Source: Pristiophorus japonicus (lineage: Eukaryota). From it: a DNA stretch of 64,000 nucleotides. Position 1 is the stretch's first letter. Each line of letters begins with the position of its first letter. A program made the translations under genes and the position numbers. The notes under the pieces were generated by a model, which saw only the letters and a list, made by a program, of their open reading frames with translations, did not search any database and was not told the DNA's origin. Of this stretch, positions 1 to 11,810 are shown in pieces. The DNA is taken from NCBI RefSeq assembly GCF_044704955.1, contig NC_091994.1, positions 24,800,001 to 24,864,000 of the forward strand, read 5' to 3'.

Positions 1-254
1 CACTCATTCTTTGGATTTACTGGAAAGCTGGTTCGCGACGTTTGCTCTTTGATAGGCTTATTTCACAGCAGTTGCTGGGAGAAAAAAACTGCTGTAAAAC
101 TGCGGGGCCAACAAGGATTCATTATAACAATACCACAATCTATTTGTGTGTGTCCGCAACTGAGGCGGGTAAAGAAGCAAAATATTCTCCCCGACATAAA
201 TGATACTTATAGAAAGTGCATTGAAGCAATAGAGAGTGTACAATATACCAGCAG

Positions 255-495
255 AACTTGTCTCCAGTCGTCTTGGTTAATCCTTACCACTGGACCAAGA
301 CCTAGCTCTGTCAAGCCCGTGTGGTGACTGGTGTGCAACGGCCACCACATGTTAAAAAAATCAATGCACAGGCATCTTCCACCCTTCAAGATTTAGTTCG
401 GGACCTGGAATTTTAGGTCCTTCATTGAAACACCTGTGAACTTTTTGATGTGGAAGCAAGTCATCCTCGATTCGAGGGACTGCCTATGATGATGA
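255..495 (+). mobile_element. RTE-related non-LTR retroposon 3' end with (TGA)n tail
   Basis: Ends gtggaagcaagtcatcctcgattcgagggactgcctatgatgatga. Homologous copies at ~6685-6910 (-) and ~46660-46800 (+). Confidence 0.65.
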
Positions 496-509
496 CAATA
501 TAGGTTTCA

Positions 510-815
510 CCAGACGGAGGAGAATGATAGTTATGGGGAAACACTTGAGATGCTGAGACTATTTCCACTGGAGTACAGACTGGGGAGATTTCATGCAAGT
601 TTTTAAGATTCTGAAGGACTTTTATAATGTGAATAGCTTCAAACTCTGATTGACGGGGAGCTGACCAATTTAAAATTGCCCCTAACAGAGTGAGTAAAGA
701 GCTCAGGAGAAATGTCTTTATTCAGAAAATAACTGAGGCACAAGCCATTGCATTTCTAAGAGGAAACTGAATAAATATTTGAAACAGAAAATGATACAGG
801 GCTATGGGGAAGAGA
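510..815 (+). mobile_element. Degenerate CR1-type LINE 3' fragment
   Basis: Resembles the CR1 3' region seen elsewhere in the window (gtttttaagattctgaagg...atacagggctatggggaaaga). Confidence 0.5.
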
Positions 816-1139
816 ATTGTTAATGTTATGTTAATGATGTTTAAAATAACTCCAGCAACTCAGCCTAAGTGAGCGGCGATGGGAAGGTGAGACGAAGCCT
901 CTGGATTTGTTCTTTATTAATATTTCACATCCTAAGAGAGATTGCAACAGCAGAGGAGGGGATGATGAAATGTTGCAGTGCAACTGCTGGAAGCCACAAA
1001 AAAATGCAGCCTGCAGGTAAACACCGAGAAATACAAGAGAAAAACAAAATGAGAATAGGTTATTACAATCTACTCTGGTAAGCAGAAATGGGGTGAAGTT
1101 ATCTCCTTCTGGCAAAAAGCGGGCAGGTGGGCAGATCCT

Positions 1140-1515
1140 TTCTATATTGCGGTGTCCAAAACTGCACACTGTACTTCACCTGTGGTCTTACTAAATTCCA
1201 TTCACTTTGAATGGCCTTATCTATTTGAGGTGCTGCTTTTAATGTCTTGTGAACTAGAACCATAGATCCCTCTGCTCCTTCACATTATCCAGCTTCCCCC
1301 ATTCAAAGTAAAATAATTACTTTTGTTTTAGCCACAATATTTGACTTCATATTTACTGACATCGAATTCCATTTGCCATTTCTTTGCCCATTCTTATCAA
1401 TATCTTCTCCTTTGGTCCTTAGAATTGTTTACCATGCCTCCTACTTTAATATTGTCTGCAAATCTGGACACCACTCTCTAGCCCTATCTCCAAATCGTTG
1501 ATGTACACAGTGATC
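1140..1515 (-). mobile_element. Degenerate CR1-type LINE fragment
   Basis: ccaaaactgcacactgtacttcacctgtggtct and ttgtctgcaaat (minus strand: FADN) match the CR1 copy at 42316-43660. Confidence 0.55.
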
Positions 1516-1539
1516 AGAAAGGATCCAAGAACAAAACCC

Positions 1540-2165
1540 TCATCCATGCCTTTGATATGTCTCGACTTGAGTACACCAACTCACTCCTGGCTGGCCTCCC
1601 ACATTCTACCCCACATAAACTACAGGTGATCCAAAACTTGGCTGCCTGTGTCCTAACTTGCATCAAGTCCTGCTCCATCACCCCTGTGCTTGCTGACCTA
1701 CATTGGCTTCTGGTCAAACAATGCCTTGATTTCAAAATTCTCATCCTTATTTTCAAATCCCTCCATGTTCTCGCCCCTCCCCATCTCTGTAATCTCCTTC
1801 AGCCCCACAACACCTCCCCCCCCCCCCCCACCCCGCACCCCCCCGCTCCCGAGATGTTGGCGCTCCTCTAATTCTGCCCTTTTGAGCATCCCTGATTATA
1901 ATCACTCAACCATTGGTGGCCATGCCTTCTGTTGCCTAGGCCCTAAACTCTGGAACTCCCTGCCTAAACCTCTCCAACTCTCTACCTCTCTTTCCTCCTT
2001 TAAGACGATCCTTAAGACCTACCTCCGTGACCAGCCACCTGCGTTAATTTCTAACTATGCGGCTCGGTGTCAAAATGTTTAAATCTCATAATACTCCTGT
2101 GAAGTGCCTTGGGACGTTTCACTACGTTAAAGGTGCTATACAAATACAAGTTGTTGTTGTTGTGG
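1540..2165 (+). mobile_element. L2-clade LINE 3' end (ORF2 C-terminus + tail)
   Basis: SRLEYTNSLLAGLP...LQVIQNLAA...ITPVLADLHWL...FKILILIFKSLH.LAP and GHAF...GPKLWNSLP...FKT.LKTYL; tail aaatacaagttgttgttgttg. Confidence 0.85.
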
Positions 2166-2705
2166 GAAACCACCAACCACTTCCAACTACTCTGAGGAAC
2201 TGTCCTATCGTCTGTCTCCTCCCTTCTAACCAGTTTTCAATCCAATTTGCTACCCATCTCCTAATTCCATATCCCTTAATCTTCTCCAATAGACTCCTGT
2301 GTGGCACCTTGTCAACGGAATTCTGAAAGGCCATGTGCACAGCAGCCACTGTATTTCCCTCATCCACCATATCTGTCACCTCCTCAAAGAACTCTATCAG
2401 AGTTGTCAAACACGACTGTCCTTTCTGAAATCCATATTAGCTGCTTTTATTGATTTTCTCTTCATTTAGATATTTTTAATTAATGATTGCAAAATGTTCC
2501 CTATCACAGATGTTAAGCGAGCCTGTAAGTATCTGGGTTAGCTCAGTCGCCCTTTTTGAAAATGATTATGGCATTGGCCACTCTCCAGTTCCCCAGCACA
2601 CATCCACTCTCAATAAAACCCCTGAAATATAATGTCTTGGGTCTCTGCTATTTCCTCCCCCATTTCGCTCACGATCCTTCGATGTATCCAGTCAAGTCCT
2701 GGGGA
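2166..2705 (-). mobile_element. CR1 LINE RT fragment
   Basis: ORF 2122-2409: LIEFFEEVTDMVDEG...AFQ..DKVPH.SLL.KI..YGI...WIENWL..RRQ. Confidence 0.85.
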
Positions 2706-2799
2706 ATAAACATTTCCTGAGCACACTGTATCAGAAAATCAGTCCCAATATCTGGGATGTTTAATTTTACTGAGATTATCTTGGTAGTTGCTACAACCC

Positions 2800-2960
2800 A
2801 AGAACATAAGAACATAAGAAATAGGAGCAGGAGTAGGCCATATGGCCCCTCGAGCCTGCTCCGCCATTCAATAAGATCATGGCTGATCTGATCATGGACT
2901 CAGCTCCACTTCCCTGCCACTCCCCATAACCCTTTACTCCCCTATCATTCAAAAATCTGA
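2800..2960 (-). mobile_element. CR1 3'-terminal fragment inserted in Gypsy RT
   Basis: (aagaacat)n tail plus ataggagcaggagtaggcc...; flanked by aagaacat at 2800-2807 and 2960-2967. Confidence 0.8.
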
Positions 2961-3257
2961 AGAACATGATAACTGTCTCAAAACAATTCTCCAGAGTCTT
3001 AGTGAGAACAAATAAATCTGGATTATTTGGAATGTCAGAAACAGTGGTGGAAGCAGAATCCACAGTCATTATTAAAAGGAAAGTGCAAATATATTTGTGC
3101 GAAAAAAACTTAAAAGAGCATGGGGAGAGGACATGGGAATGGGACTAAAGGATAGCTCTTTCAGGCACTATGGGCCAAATCACTTCTTTCTGGGCTGATT
3201 CAATAACAGGATGATTCTAGGATTCTTCCTATTACCTCAGAACAAATGTGTTTCAGC

Positions 3258-3480
3258 CAACAGCAACAACTTGTATTCATATAGCGCCTTTAACGTAGTA
3301 AAATGTCCCAAGGCGCATCACAGGAGACAAAACAAATAAATTTGACACCGAGCCACATAAGAAGAAATTACAGCAAAGAGGCAGGTTTTAAGGAGCGTCT
3401 TAAAGGAGGAAAGAGAGGTAGAGAGGTGGAGATGTTTAGGCAAGGAGTTCCAAAGCTTAGGGCCCAGGCAACAGAAAGTA
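3258..3480 (-). mobile_element. L2-clade 3' end fragment
   Basis: caacaacttgtattcatatagcgcctttaacgtagtaaaatgtcccaaggc is the reverse complement of the tail at 2100-2160. Confidence 0.75.
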
Positions 3481-3667
3481 GGTGATACACATAAAGCATC
3501 CCAGCAAGCCGAAAAACTCCACTGAAGTCTATTTGGCTTTACCAGATTCTGTCACCATATCACTAGGTTTTCTGCTACTAAGCAGGAGGAAGCAGTCATG
3601 GAAGAAGAGAAATTAATTCCAAGAAGCTGTTGATACTCAGAAAAATGATGACTAACACTGTAATGCT

Positions 3668-3825
3668 AAAGGGATTAAGGGATATGGAGAGAAAGCAGGA
3701 ATGGGGTACTGAGGGAATGATCGGCCATGATCTTATTGAATGTTGGTGCAGGCCCGAAGGGCTGAATGGCCTGCACCTATTTTCTATGTTTCTATGTTTC
3801 GATGTTTCGATGTTTCTATGTTTCT
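3668..3825 (+). mobile_element. CR1 3' end with (tttctatg)n tail
   Basis: aagggattaagggatatggagagaaagcagg...gggctgaatggcct...tttctatgtttctatg. Confidence 0.8.
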
Positions 3826-6684
3826 AATGACTTGCATTAAACCTCAGAAGGTGATCAAGCTTGTTGCAAATGACAGCTTGTAGATCTCGAGCTTTTTCAC
3901 ACAAGACATGCAAGACCAATCTACACGATCTCTTGCAAGATACTCTCAGACCACTCTGGGACTGAGAGAGAAGCTTTTGCTGTGGTCTGGGAATGTCAAT
4001 ATTTCCATTTGTATTTCACCATATCACAAGCCCTGGAACCACTATTTCAGCCCTTCATTAAAACCGATGTGCTTACGTTAAATGATAGCTGATGAACGTG
4101 CAAATTTATTGCTACCAAGTGGCCCAGAAATAATTAGACTGCAGATTATTTCTTAAAGCATTCCATTTGGCTGACACTAAGGGACATTTTCGCAGGAACT
4201 GATCTCACTGAGGCTCTTGTGTTCATTTCATCCTTAGCATGCAATTATAAAAGACATGGCACGAAGTGAAATCCAACATGAAGCACAGTCTGATCTCTGT
4301 CTAATGCTCAAATCAGTCAAATGGTGATGGTGGAAGCAAAGTAAAGCAAGTGGAACAAATTCTTCCAGTAGATAGAATGTATATACAGTCATTTGTACAT
4401 GTGGACCAAAAGTTAGCCTTAACCAATCTACATCTGCAAGCCAACAGATTGGTAATTCCAGGGAAGTTCTGGAACTGCCTCACTGTCCTGTTCCAAGAAG
4501 AATGAAAAACCAAAAACTTCATTAGGCAGAAGGAATGACTCTCTGGTATTGACTGCCATGTAAAAGACTGCATTAAAGACTGTCTACCCTGCAAAGCCAC
4601 AAGAACTGATAATTCCAAATCACCATTATGACAGAATTACCAATTAGTGTATGGACTGAAGTCAGTATCGATTTCTGCAACCTCCCGAATAGCAGGCACC
4701 TCTTTCCATAATGGACGAATGGTTCGGGTTCCCAAAAGTTCAAGCGGCAATACTGAAGTTAGCTAAATCCATCAAACCAAAGCATAAGCCATTTCATTGG
4801 ACCCTAAAGTGGTAAAGCTTCCCCTTATAATGGTGCAGAATTTACCTTTTCTTCAAACTATCTTCGTTTTCAGCATAACTCCACTCTGGCCTCAAGATAA
4901 CAATGCAATCAAGAAAGCTATGAAAACACTAAAGGTAGCTCATTTCACTGCTACAGGAGCAGGAAAAAACCTTAAGCAAGAATTCTATGTTTCTGAGGGC
5001 AATTCTGCACAATTCAGCTGATGCACCACCAGCGATGGTATTGTTCACCAGGTCCTTATGGATTAAACTCCCCACTCTGACAAAAAAAAGAGATCTTAAA
5101 ATCTGTCAAAGAGACAGAGCTTCTAAAGAGTGAAAATGATGCCCCAATGGATTCAAGAATGTTAAAGGTTGCATTAATATAATGGTTAGTGAGATGCCAG
5201 GGCTGCCTGTTCCCAACTCATGGATCTTGCAGCCATTATAGAGAAAACTTGATGGATTTGCTAAGTCCGGCTACCATGAGGACCCAGTAAAAACCATGAG
5301 GAACTGGCAGCCCCAACACCTCAGTAAGTGCAACATAACAGAAGCTTAAAAATAGGAGGCATTCATTGTTGCCATAAAGAGTCTACAATCGCATGCACAA
5401 CAAGCTCTCAAAACTCAGTCAGTTTCCAAATATACATGTGAATGCAAGATCTTGAAAGTTCAATTAAAGAAAAAACATTTCAACAAAAAAGATGAAGGAT
5501 GTAATGTCCAGAATATTATTAAAGAATATTTTAAACTCCTTCCTTACCCCAGTTTAGGCACCAATAGTGACTAAGTAAAATTTAAACTATGCGGCAGAAT
5601 CATGGAGTAAAGGATATAAAATGTAAGATATACAGCTGCAATTTTTTTTGCTTATTAATATTTTATTATAAAATATACATCTTAAGAAGCACCACAAGAG
5701 TTAACCTGGGCCACTTTATGTGCAGTCACTCACAGGTTGCCTGTCCACTCAGTTGAAGAATAGCATGTGGCATATAGAGGGGAGAGAAGCTAAAGAGGAG
5801 AAAAACATGTATGAAAGTTATGCTGCATTAAATTTGAAGTTGTTTCAGTGGTAAGTCTCCTTTGAAGTATTCAGAAACTGTAGAATATGTCCCATATTGT
5901 TGGCCATATTATTGGACAAATAATTAACACATTTGTACCGCATTCCCCTGTCTGCTCTTTAACAGAGACATTATCTCATTTAAATGGGATACTGCCTGCA
6001 TTAAAATAGTGGATAAAGAAATGTCACATAACACATTAAGAGTCTGCTAATATTGCCAACAGTCATTGGCAGGCTCCATCAGGGTTATTGTGCAAGGCGG
6101 GAATCTCGCTGCGGAACTTTACTAAATGTTTTGCAGAGTCGACCTCAGCACTGATAGCCCAATCTCCGATGTGCAGTCTCATTTAGCAAGGCTCTGCACT
6201 GGGACCCACTGCTCACAAAATTACCCCTTATATATCTGTAAAAAGGCTTTTGATACTAGATTAAGTGGAATTGGAAAAATATGGATTCTGTGATCTGCTG
6301 GAAGATTACCAACTTGGCCTCATTTTTCTGATGTTATATAGAACAGATTTCTGCCACATTAGAGCCATATACTTTCGAGGCCTTGAATGAGTTATAAAAC
6401 AAGATTTATTCTGCTTTGTTTGCTCATTATTAAGATACACATTTAGTAAAAATGCTGAAAATGTAAAAAGGCAATGTTATCATACAAATGCTTATAGCCA
6501 TTTCCTTTCCACTATTTTAACCGCATGGCTAAACACTGAAATGGCATTGAGAGGAATTTGATCTGAGTGTGGTAAACATATGTGCAATAACATCACTTAC
6601 TGTCATTTCTATTTTTACATGTGACAGAATTCCACGACCCAGAGTCAATGGTGATTTCAAATCCCATTTCTCTTATTCTCGGTT

Positions 6685-6910
6685 ACCATCATTATCATAG
6701 GCAGTCCCTCTGGGTCGAGGATGACTTGCTTCCACACTAAAAATGAGTACTCAGGTGACTGATGAACACATTTTAAATGGCGGAAGATGCCTGTGCGCGA
6801 ATTCTTTTAACGTGGGGTGGCCTTTGCACACCAGCCTCCGCACGGGCTTGACGGAGCAAAGTCTTGGTCCAGTGGCAAGTGGATCCAAGACGACTGGAGA
6901 CCAGGCTCCG
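6685..6910 (-). mobile_element. RTE-related retroposon 3' end
   Basis: atcataggcagtccctc...gaggatgacttgcttccac; reverse-complement homologue of 255-495. Confidence 0.65.
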
Positions 6911-8929
6911 TCGCATGTGCCAATACATACACACACAATCAAACATGCCCCTACTGTCCTCCTTCTTTCCTCCTTCCACAGGACCTCTCTCTACGTGAAA
7001 TTCATAGTACGCAATGTGAGCCTCGCAGCTTCGCTATTGACCCGTGCTGCGCCTTCCCTTGGCCTTGTCCATACTGCTCCACCTCTGGGCTCTGACCTCT
7101 CTGTTATAATGAGGTATGACTGCTACTTTAAATAAATTAATCATCCAATAAAATGGTCACAAATTAATTTCTTATTAAAACTTAACTTTCCCTTTAAAGT
7201 TCAACTCTTAAATCTATACTTTAACGCGGCAATTTTGTACGGCTGTATCACAGCAGGGAGGCTCAGACTGGTTGTCAAGTCAGCCCCATAGTGTAATAGT
7301 CCTACCTCTCAGTTATACTCCAATCTAGTGAGGCTCTAATCTGGGAGCCTCACCTCACAAAAGTACTCTTTAAGTTGTAATGCCAAAAATGATGACTGCT
7401 CTTCATCTTATCTGAACCATTCAAATGAAAGATGCCATGTTTGGAACAGATAGCACAAAATTCACGATTAAAACTCAACCTTATCATTAGTAGAACAGTT
7501 TTTTTTCACAACTGTGAATGAACAGAAATGATACATTGCAATTTCAATAAATTATTAATTATTTCATGAGTTATGAAATAACTTAAATTGACAAGAGCTT
7601 TAATTATAATTGAGATTCACTTTATTTCATTGCTAAAAGAAAGTTGTATTAATGTGTTCCGGACCTAAGCTTCCTCTAATATTGGTGTCAACAGGTTCCA
7701 GTCTAGAATCTCAAGACTCCTTATATGAAATAATTAGCCCAGTGTGTACACTTCAAACCTAACTCATTATTCGCAAATTAACACAAATGATTTTCCGATT
7801 ATGAAGTTATTTCTGAACTTATCGTTCATAAGAGTTGATGCCTAATTTATCTTGGAACATTATGAAATGTTTCACTTCATCATAATTCCTCACTTGAATA
7901 TGCTGGGATTGGGAATTTTATAAACATATCAGAGAAAATGAGAAGTGATCTCATACAATCCAGTGCTTAGACCAATATTATGAGGAACTTTGTTGTATTG
8001 ATTTCAAGTTGTGTATAATCACTTCATTTTTCTCATTCCACAGTGCACATAACAGCTGACAGGGTTTTGGTCACATGGTGATTGACCTCTCCATACCTTC
8101 AAATTCTGCATTGCTGCATCAATCAGTTAGATGAACATCCATGAAGCAGATGGAAAGAGTGTCTTCATAGTGTGCCAAGTTGACGTCATATCTATGAATG
8201 AATGAACCTGAATGGTGCTATTTTCTGCAATCCAACTGCTACATTACCTAGCTTGATCCATTGTGGAAACAAATATCTTACATTAATCTTTACGAACTTA
8301 TGTATACCTTTCTCCACCCACCCCCCGCCCCCGGATTCTTCGTACTCTCTTCGCTCCACCCCACCCGCCCCCACCCCCACTGTTACTACTCACCATAGTT
8401 TCTTCTTTGGTTTGGAGCGTTGGGTACTTCCGTGGCTGCCACCAGTGTTGCTTCTTGATCAGCAGACAGTAGGTGCATATCTCCCTAGGAAAGACTGGTT
8501 CTGCCAGCTCATGTAGCCCTCTGTGGATAATGTGCATTGCTGCTTTAGCAGCCAGGTCAAGAACTGGTGAAACATGCCCAATGAGGACAAGCAAGCAAGT
8601 TAGAGCAACAATCAAAGCTGAGATTTGAACTTGTGACTATAGTTTCTCTTCCTCCCCTTTTTCCCATGTTGGGAGACTACAGCCTTTATACTAAGAGTAC
8701 TGGGCCATGATTTTAGCTTCGGTCATCAAATGTATAAATAAATATATATTTATATATGTTTTAAATATAAAAATGGACTACTCTTTAACGATGGAGGATG
8801 TTGGCACTGTGAATATTTTTATTATAATTCTTTCACCTACATGCAGAATAATGGATGGTCAAGAGATCAATTACCTACATGTGCAATGTCCCAGTTAGGG
8901 CTTAGAATGGAATGTGAGTAAATAAACTT

Positions 8930-9070
8930 TTGGGGGGATATTAAGGGAAGCAAGGGACATGGAGATAGTGCAGGAAAGTGGAGTTGAGGTAGAAGATCAG
9001 CCATGATATTAAATGGCGGAGCAGGTTCGAGGGGCCGAATGGCCTACTCCTGCTGCTAATTCTTATGTTC
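8930..9070 (+). mobile_element. CR1 3' end
   Basis: gatcagccatgat...aatggcggagcagg...gaggggccgaatggcctactcctgct...ttcttatgttc. Confidence 0.8.
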
Positions 9071-9478
9071 TTGTGTTATGCAGATATTTTGGCCGCCCAA
9101 CAGGAAACTGGCAGGAGGTGGGCAAGGCAGTGGTTGCTCAGAGAAATTGGTCAGGGATTCATTCCAATTTTTGGATGCCTTTCATTTGTATGGTGAAGGC
9201 AAGCTGCCAATACAAGGGATATGGGGAAAGAGCAAGGAAGTGGGACTAACAGGATTGCTCTTCGAAAGAGCTGGCGCAGACTTGATGGGCCAAATGACCT
9301 CCTGCTGTGCTGTACTATTCTATGATTCTATGCTGTACTATTCTATGATTTTATGATACCCCGTAGGCAGCTCACCTGTCAGGAGGTGGAAAATCAGCTC
9401 CTGCTACAGGTTCTTGTGAAACGGGAGGACTTTTTTGTGCGCAAAAGAGGTCAGCTGCAGGAAGATGTGGTGGGCAAC

Positions 9479-11108
9479 ATGGGTTCCAGCAGGGCCCCGA
9501 GGTTTTCAGATGCAGCTGTGGAGATCCTTGTGGAGGAAGTGATTCGCAGAAACAAAGTCCTCTTCCCCACAGATGGTAGATGGGCACGGTGGCAAATTGG
9601 TGAACAGGCATGGTGGCACAACAGATGAACGCCATCAGCATTTTTACCAGAATCTGGCTGCATTGCCAAAAGAAATGTAATGATCTCACCATAAATGTCA
9701 AGATAAGATTCTCCTTCACATCTCATACTTTCTGCACAGCCCATCAAGGACCCTGTTTTAGCCTTAGCTCTATCAATCCTTCCCTTCATCGCTTGAGATG
9801 GCTCTCAAAGTCAGCCAAGATGACTTCAATGCACTGCTTGCACTCACACCTTCAAAACTTGCTACTTGCCTCACAATTGCATCTCCACCTTGGTCACACT
9901 TGCTGTTTCTTCCTGTCATCATGTATACAATGGCAAACTGTTTCATATGTGTTGAAAACCTTTACCAGGGGCACACATTAACTCATTTCTACTCTTCTTG
10001 CAGGGGAAACTGTGCAAAAACAGCAGGCGGCAGACAACCAGCACAAGAGGAGGTCTACTGCACTGCAAACATAATACCCATGGAAGAGGCCATCATGCAA
10101 CATCATTGGAAGATACACAGTAGTTAGCATGGGAGATGGCGAGGCTGGAGGCCTGGTACACCAGGGCATGTTGGCAATATCCATTCCTTTTCTCTTTCTA
10201 CTTCAATCTTTCAGTCGCACACTCAGCGTGGCAATCTGATGGTGCATTGCACTGTCACTGATCCGCTGGTGCTTACCCTTCAATCCATATCCTAACACTA
10301 GTCCGTCTCCCTTTTTTCTACGTCAATCAGACAACTGTTGAGATACCCTTTTGGACAATGCACCGTACTCGCTCTTAACCCTGTCAAGCGCCAACACAGA
10401 TATCGGCATCCCGCGTAACTTAGCTAATGAGTTCTTGGGGACTGCACTGGGGGATTCTTCGAGGAATGCTGCATTGTCAGAGGTGCCATCTTTTGGATGA
10501 GATGTTAAACTGTGGTCCCGTCTGCTCTCTCAGATGGCAAGGATGATTTCTGCGCGCCAGCAATTTCTGAATGCATTGGACTGTCACATCGTGTGGTGGA
10601 GTCCACTCCCAACTTGTGTGGGGTTCTCATCCATACTATCAACACCCTGCCATTAACCCTGCCGTTAACCATGGAACGTGTGGCACCTCAACGGCAGTTG
10701 CAGCTGGGCCCCTCCATGCAGGAACCTGTAACACCATCGTTCAGGGATACTCATACTGGGGCCATGCAGGCTCTGGGCTCAACCACCTCGGACAGGCTGG
10801 GAGAGCAATCAGACCACAGCTCTCCCAGAGTCTGCTTTTCTCACATCAGCAGAAATAGCAGTGGCAGTTGTCCAATGAGAATGGAACATGATGCCAACTC
10901 TCACGACGTCAACACGTCTATCCCCCTCCCGATCCCCCCTGACCCCCTGAACCAATGCCCTCCCAGAAAACCAGCATGGAAAGACTGCTCTGGCAAATGC
11001 CGAATGTTCCAATCTATAGATGGTTCCTTTCAGGCCCGAGCCTCTAGAGGTCATCAACCACGAGCATCTCTTGAGTCCTTGGATGAGCTGCAGCAGCCTC
11101 CTACTTAG
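9479..11108 (+). pseudogene. Degenerate PIF/Harbinger Myb/SANT-like (NAIF1/MSANTD-type) gene
   Basis: MGSSRAPRFSDAAVEILVEEVIRRNKVLFP...AW / frameshift / VAQQMNAISIFTRIWLHCQKKCNDL resembles the NAIF1-type trihelix domain. Mutated donor (ataaga, 9703), acceptor ttcttgcag at 10003, then GKLCKNSRRQTTSTRGG...PMEEAIM. The downstream low-complexity ORF 10512-11108 is probably a further exon remnant. Confidence 0.7.
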
Positions 11109-11129
11109 GGAAGCACCTTGTAGAAGCAT

Positions 11130-11450
11130 TAAAGTACTGGGGGAGTGCTGCACTGTCTGAGGTGCTGCCTTTTGGATGAGATGTTAAACTGAGGTCCTGT
11201 CTGCTCTCTCAGATGGATGTAAAAGATCCCATGGCACTATTTAAAAAAATATCAGAGGAGTTCTCCCAGTGTCCTGGCCAGTATATATCCCTCAACCAAC
11301 ACCACTAGTCATGTATCTCATTGTTTGTGGGAACTTGCTGTGTTCAAATTGGCTGCCACATTTCTCTACAAATGTAATTCATTGGTTGTGAAGCACTTTG
11401 GGATGTCCTGAGGTCATGAAAGGTGATAAATAAATACAAGTTCTGTCTTT
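11130..11450 (+). mobile_element. SINE with L2-like tail (5'-truncated)
   Basis: Homologous to the SINE at 24193-24615; ends cactttgggatgtcctgagg...aaatacaagttct. Confidence 0.8.
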
Positions 11451-11804
11451 ATTTCTGTAAACCAGTAAATCAATGCTGTTTGAAATCTTTGTGTGTAGAG
11501 TATTACTGTAGTAGCACAAAGAAGGTATGACATGAGAGGTGCTAAATTAGAGGAAAGTAACTAACACATTTTAAACAAGAACATGCAGTTCACTGGAATA
11601 TAGTTTTCAGAAAATATAGGAGACAAATGATGTGGCATTCATTATGAATCAATAATTATAGGAACACATTCTCACTTCCAAGAGTTACTATATATTCACT
11701 ACAAAATATTAAACAGAGAAAAAACTTTCCCAATGAACTCAGCACAAACCAAATTAATAATGCCAGATGTAGGACTCCGGTATTAGTGAATGAATAGAAA
11801 ATAA

Positions 11805-11810
11805 TTTATT
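11805..11810 (-). terminator. Candidate distal polyadenylation signal (AATAAA)
   Basis: Minus-strand AATAAA with upstream UGUA (plus TTTACA at ~11828) and a downstream GU/U-rich element (minus ttattaatttggtttgtgctgagtt, ~11736-11760). Confidence 0.45.

Larger units (their letters stand above)
2720..5499 (+). mobile_element. Fossil Ty3/Gypsy LTR-retrotransposon pol region (RT-RNaseH-integrase) with nested insertions
   Basis: Degenerate peptides in canonical order: IILVVATTQ|EHDNCLKTILQSL (RT), TEREAFAVVWECQYFHLY (~3961, RNase H), ADYFLKH (~4141), NRLVIPG, KTKNFIRQKE*LSGIDCHVKDCIKDCLPCKA (integrase Zn finger), WTEVSIDFC, ITPLWPQDN (integrase core). Purine tract aaaaaagatgaagga then TGTAATG at 5500 (PPT/3' LTR start). 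Confidence 0.8.

Noticed and set aside
869-1081. Possible plus-strand exon of a neighbouring gene (ag...CAG|gtaaac at ~1017)
   Set aside because: No recognisable protein similarity (e.g. to ATP8B-type flippases); splice-like motifs alone are insufficient.
8298-8615. 105-aa minus-strand ORF with Cys/His residues
   Set aside because: Could be a decayed LINE C-terminus, but I could not match a convincing motif.
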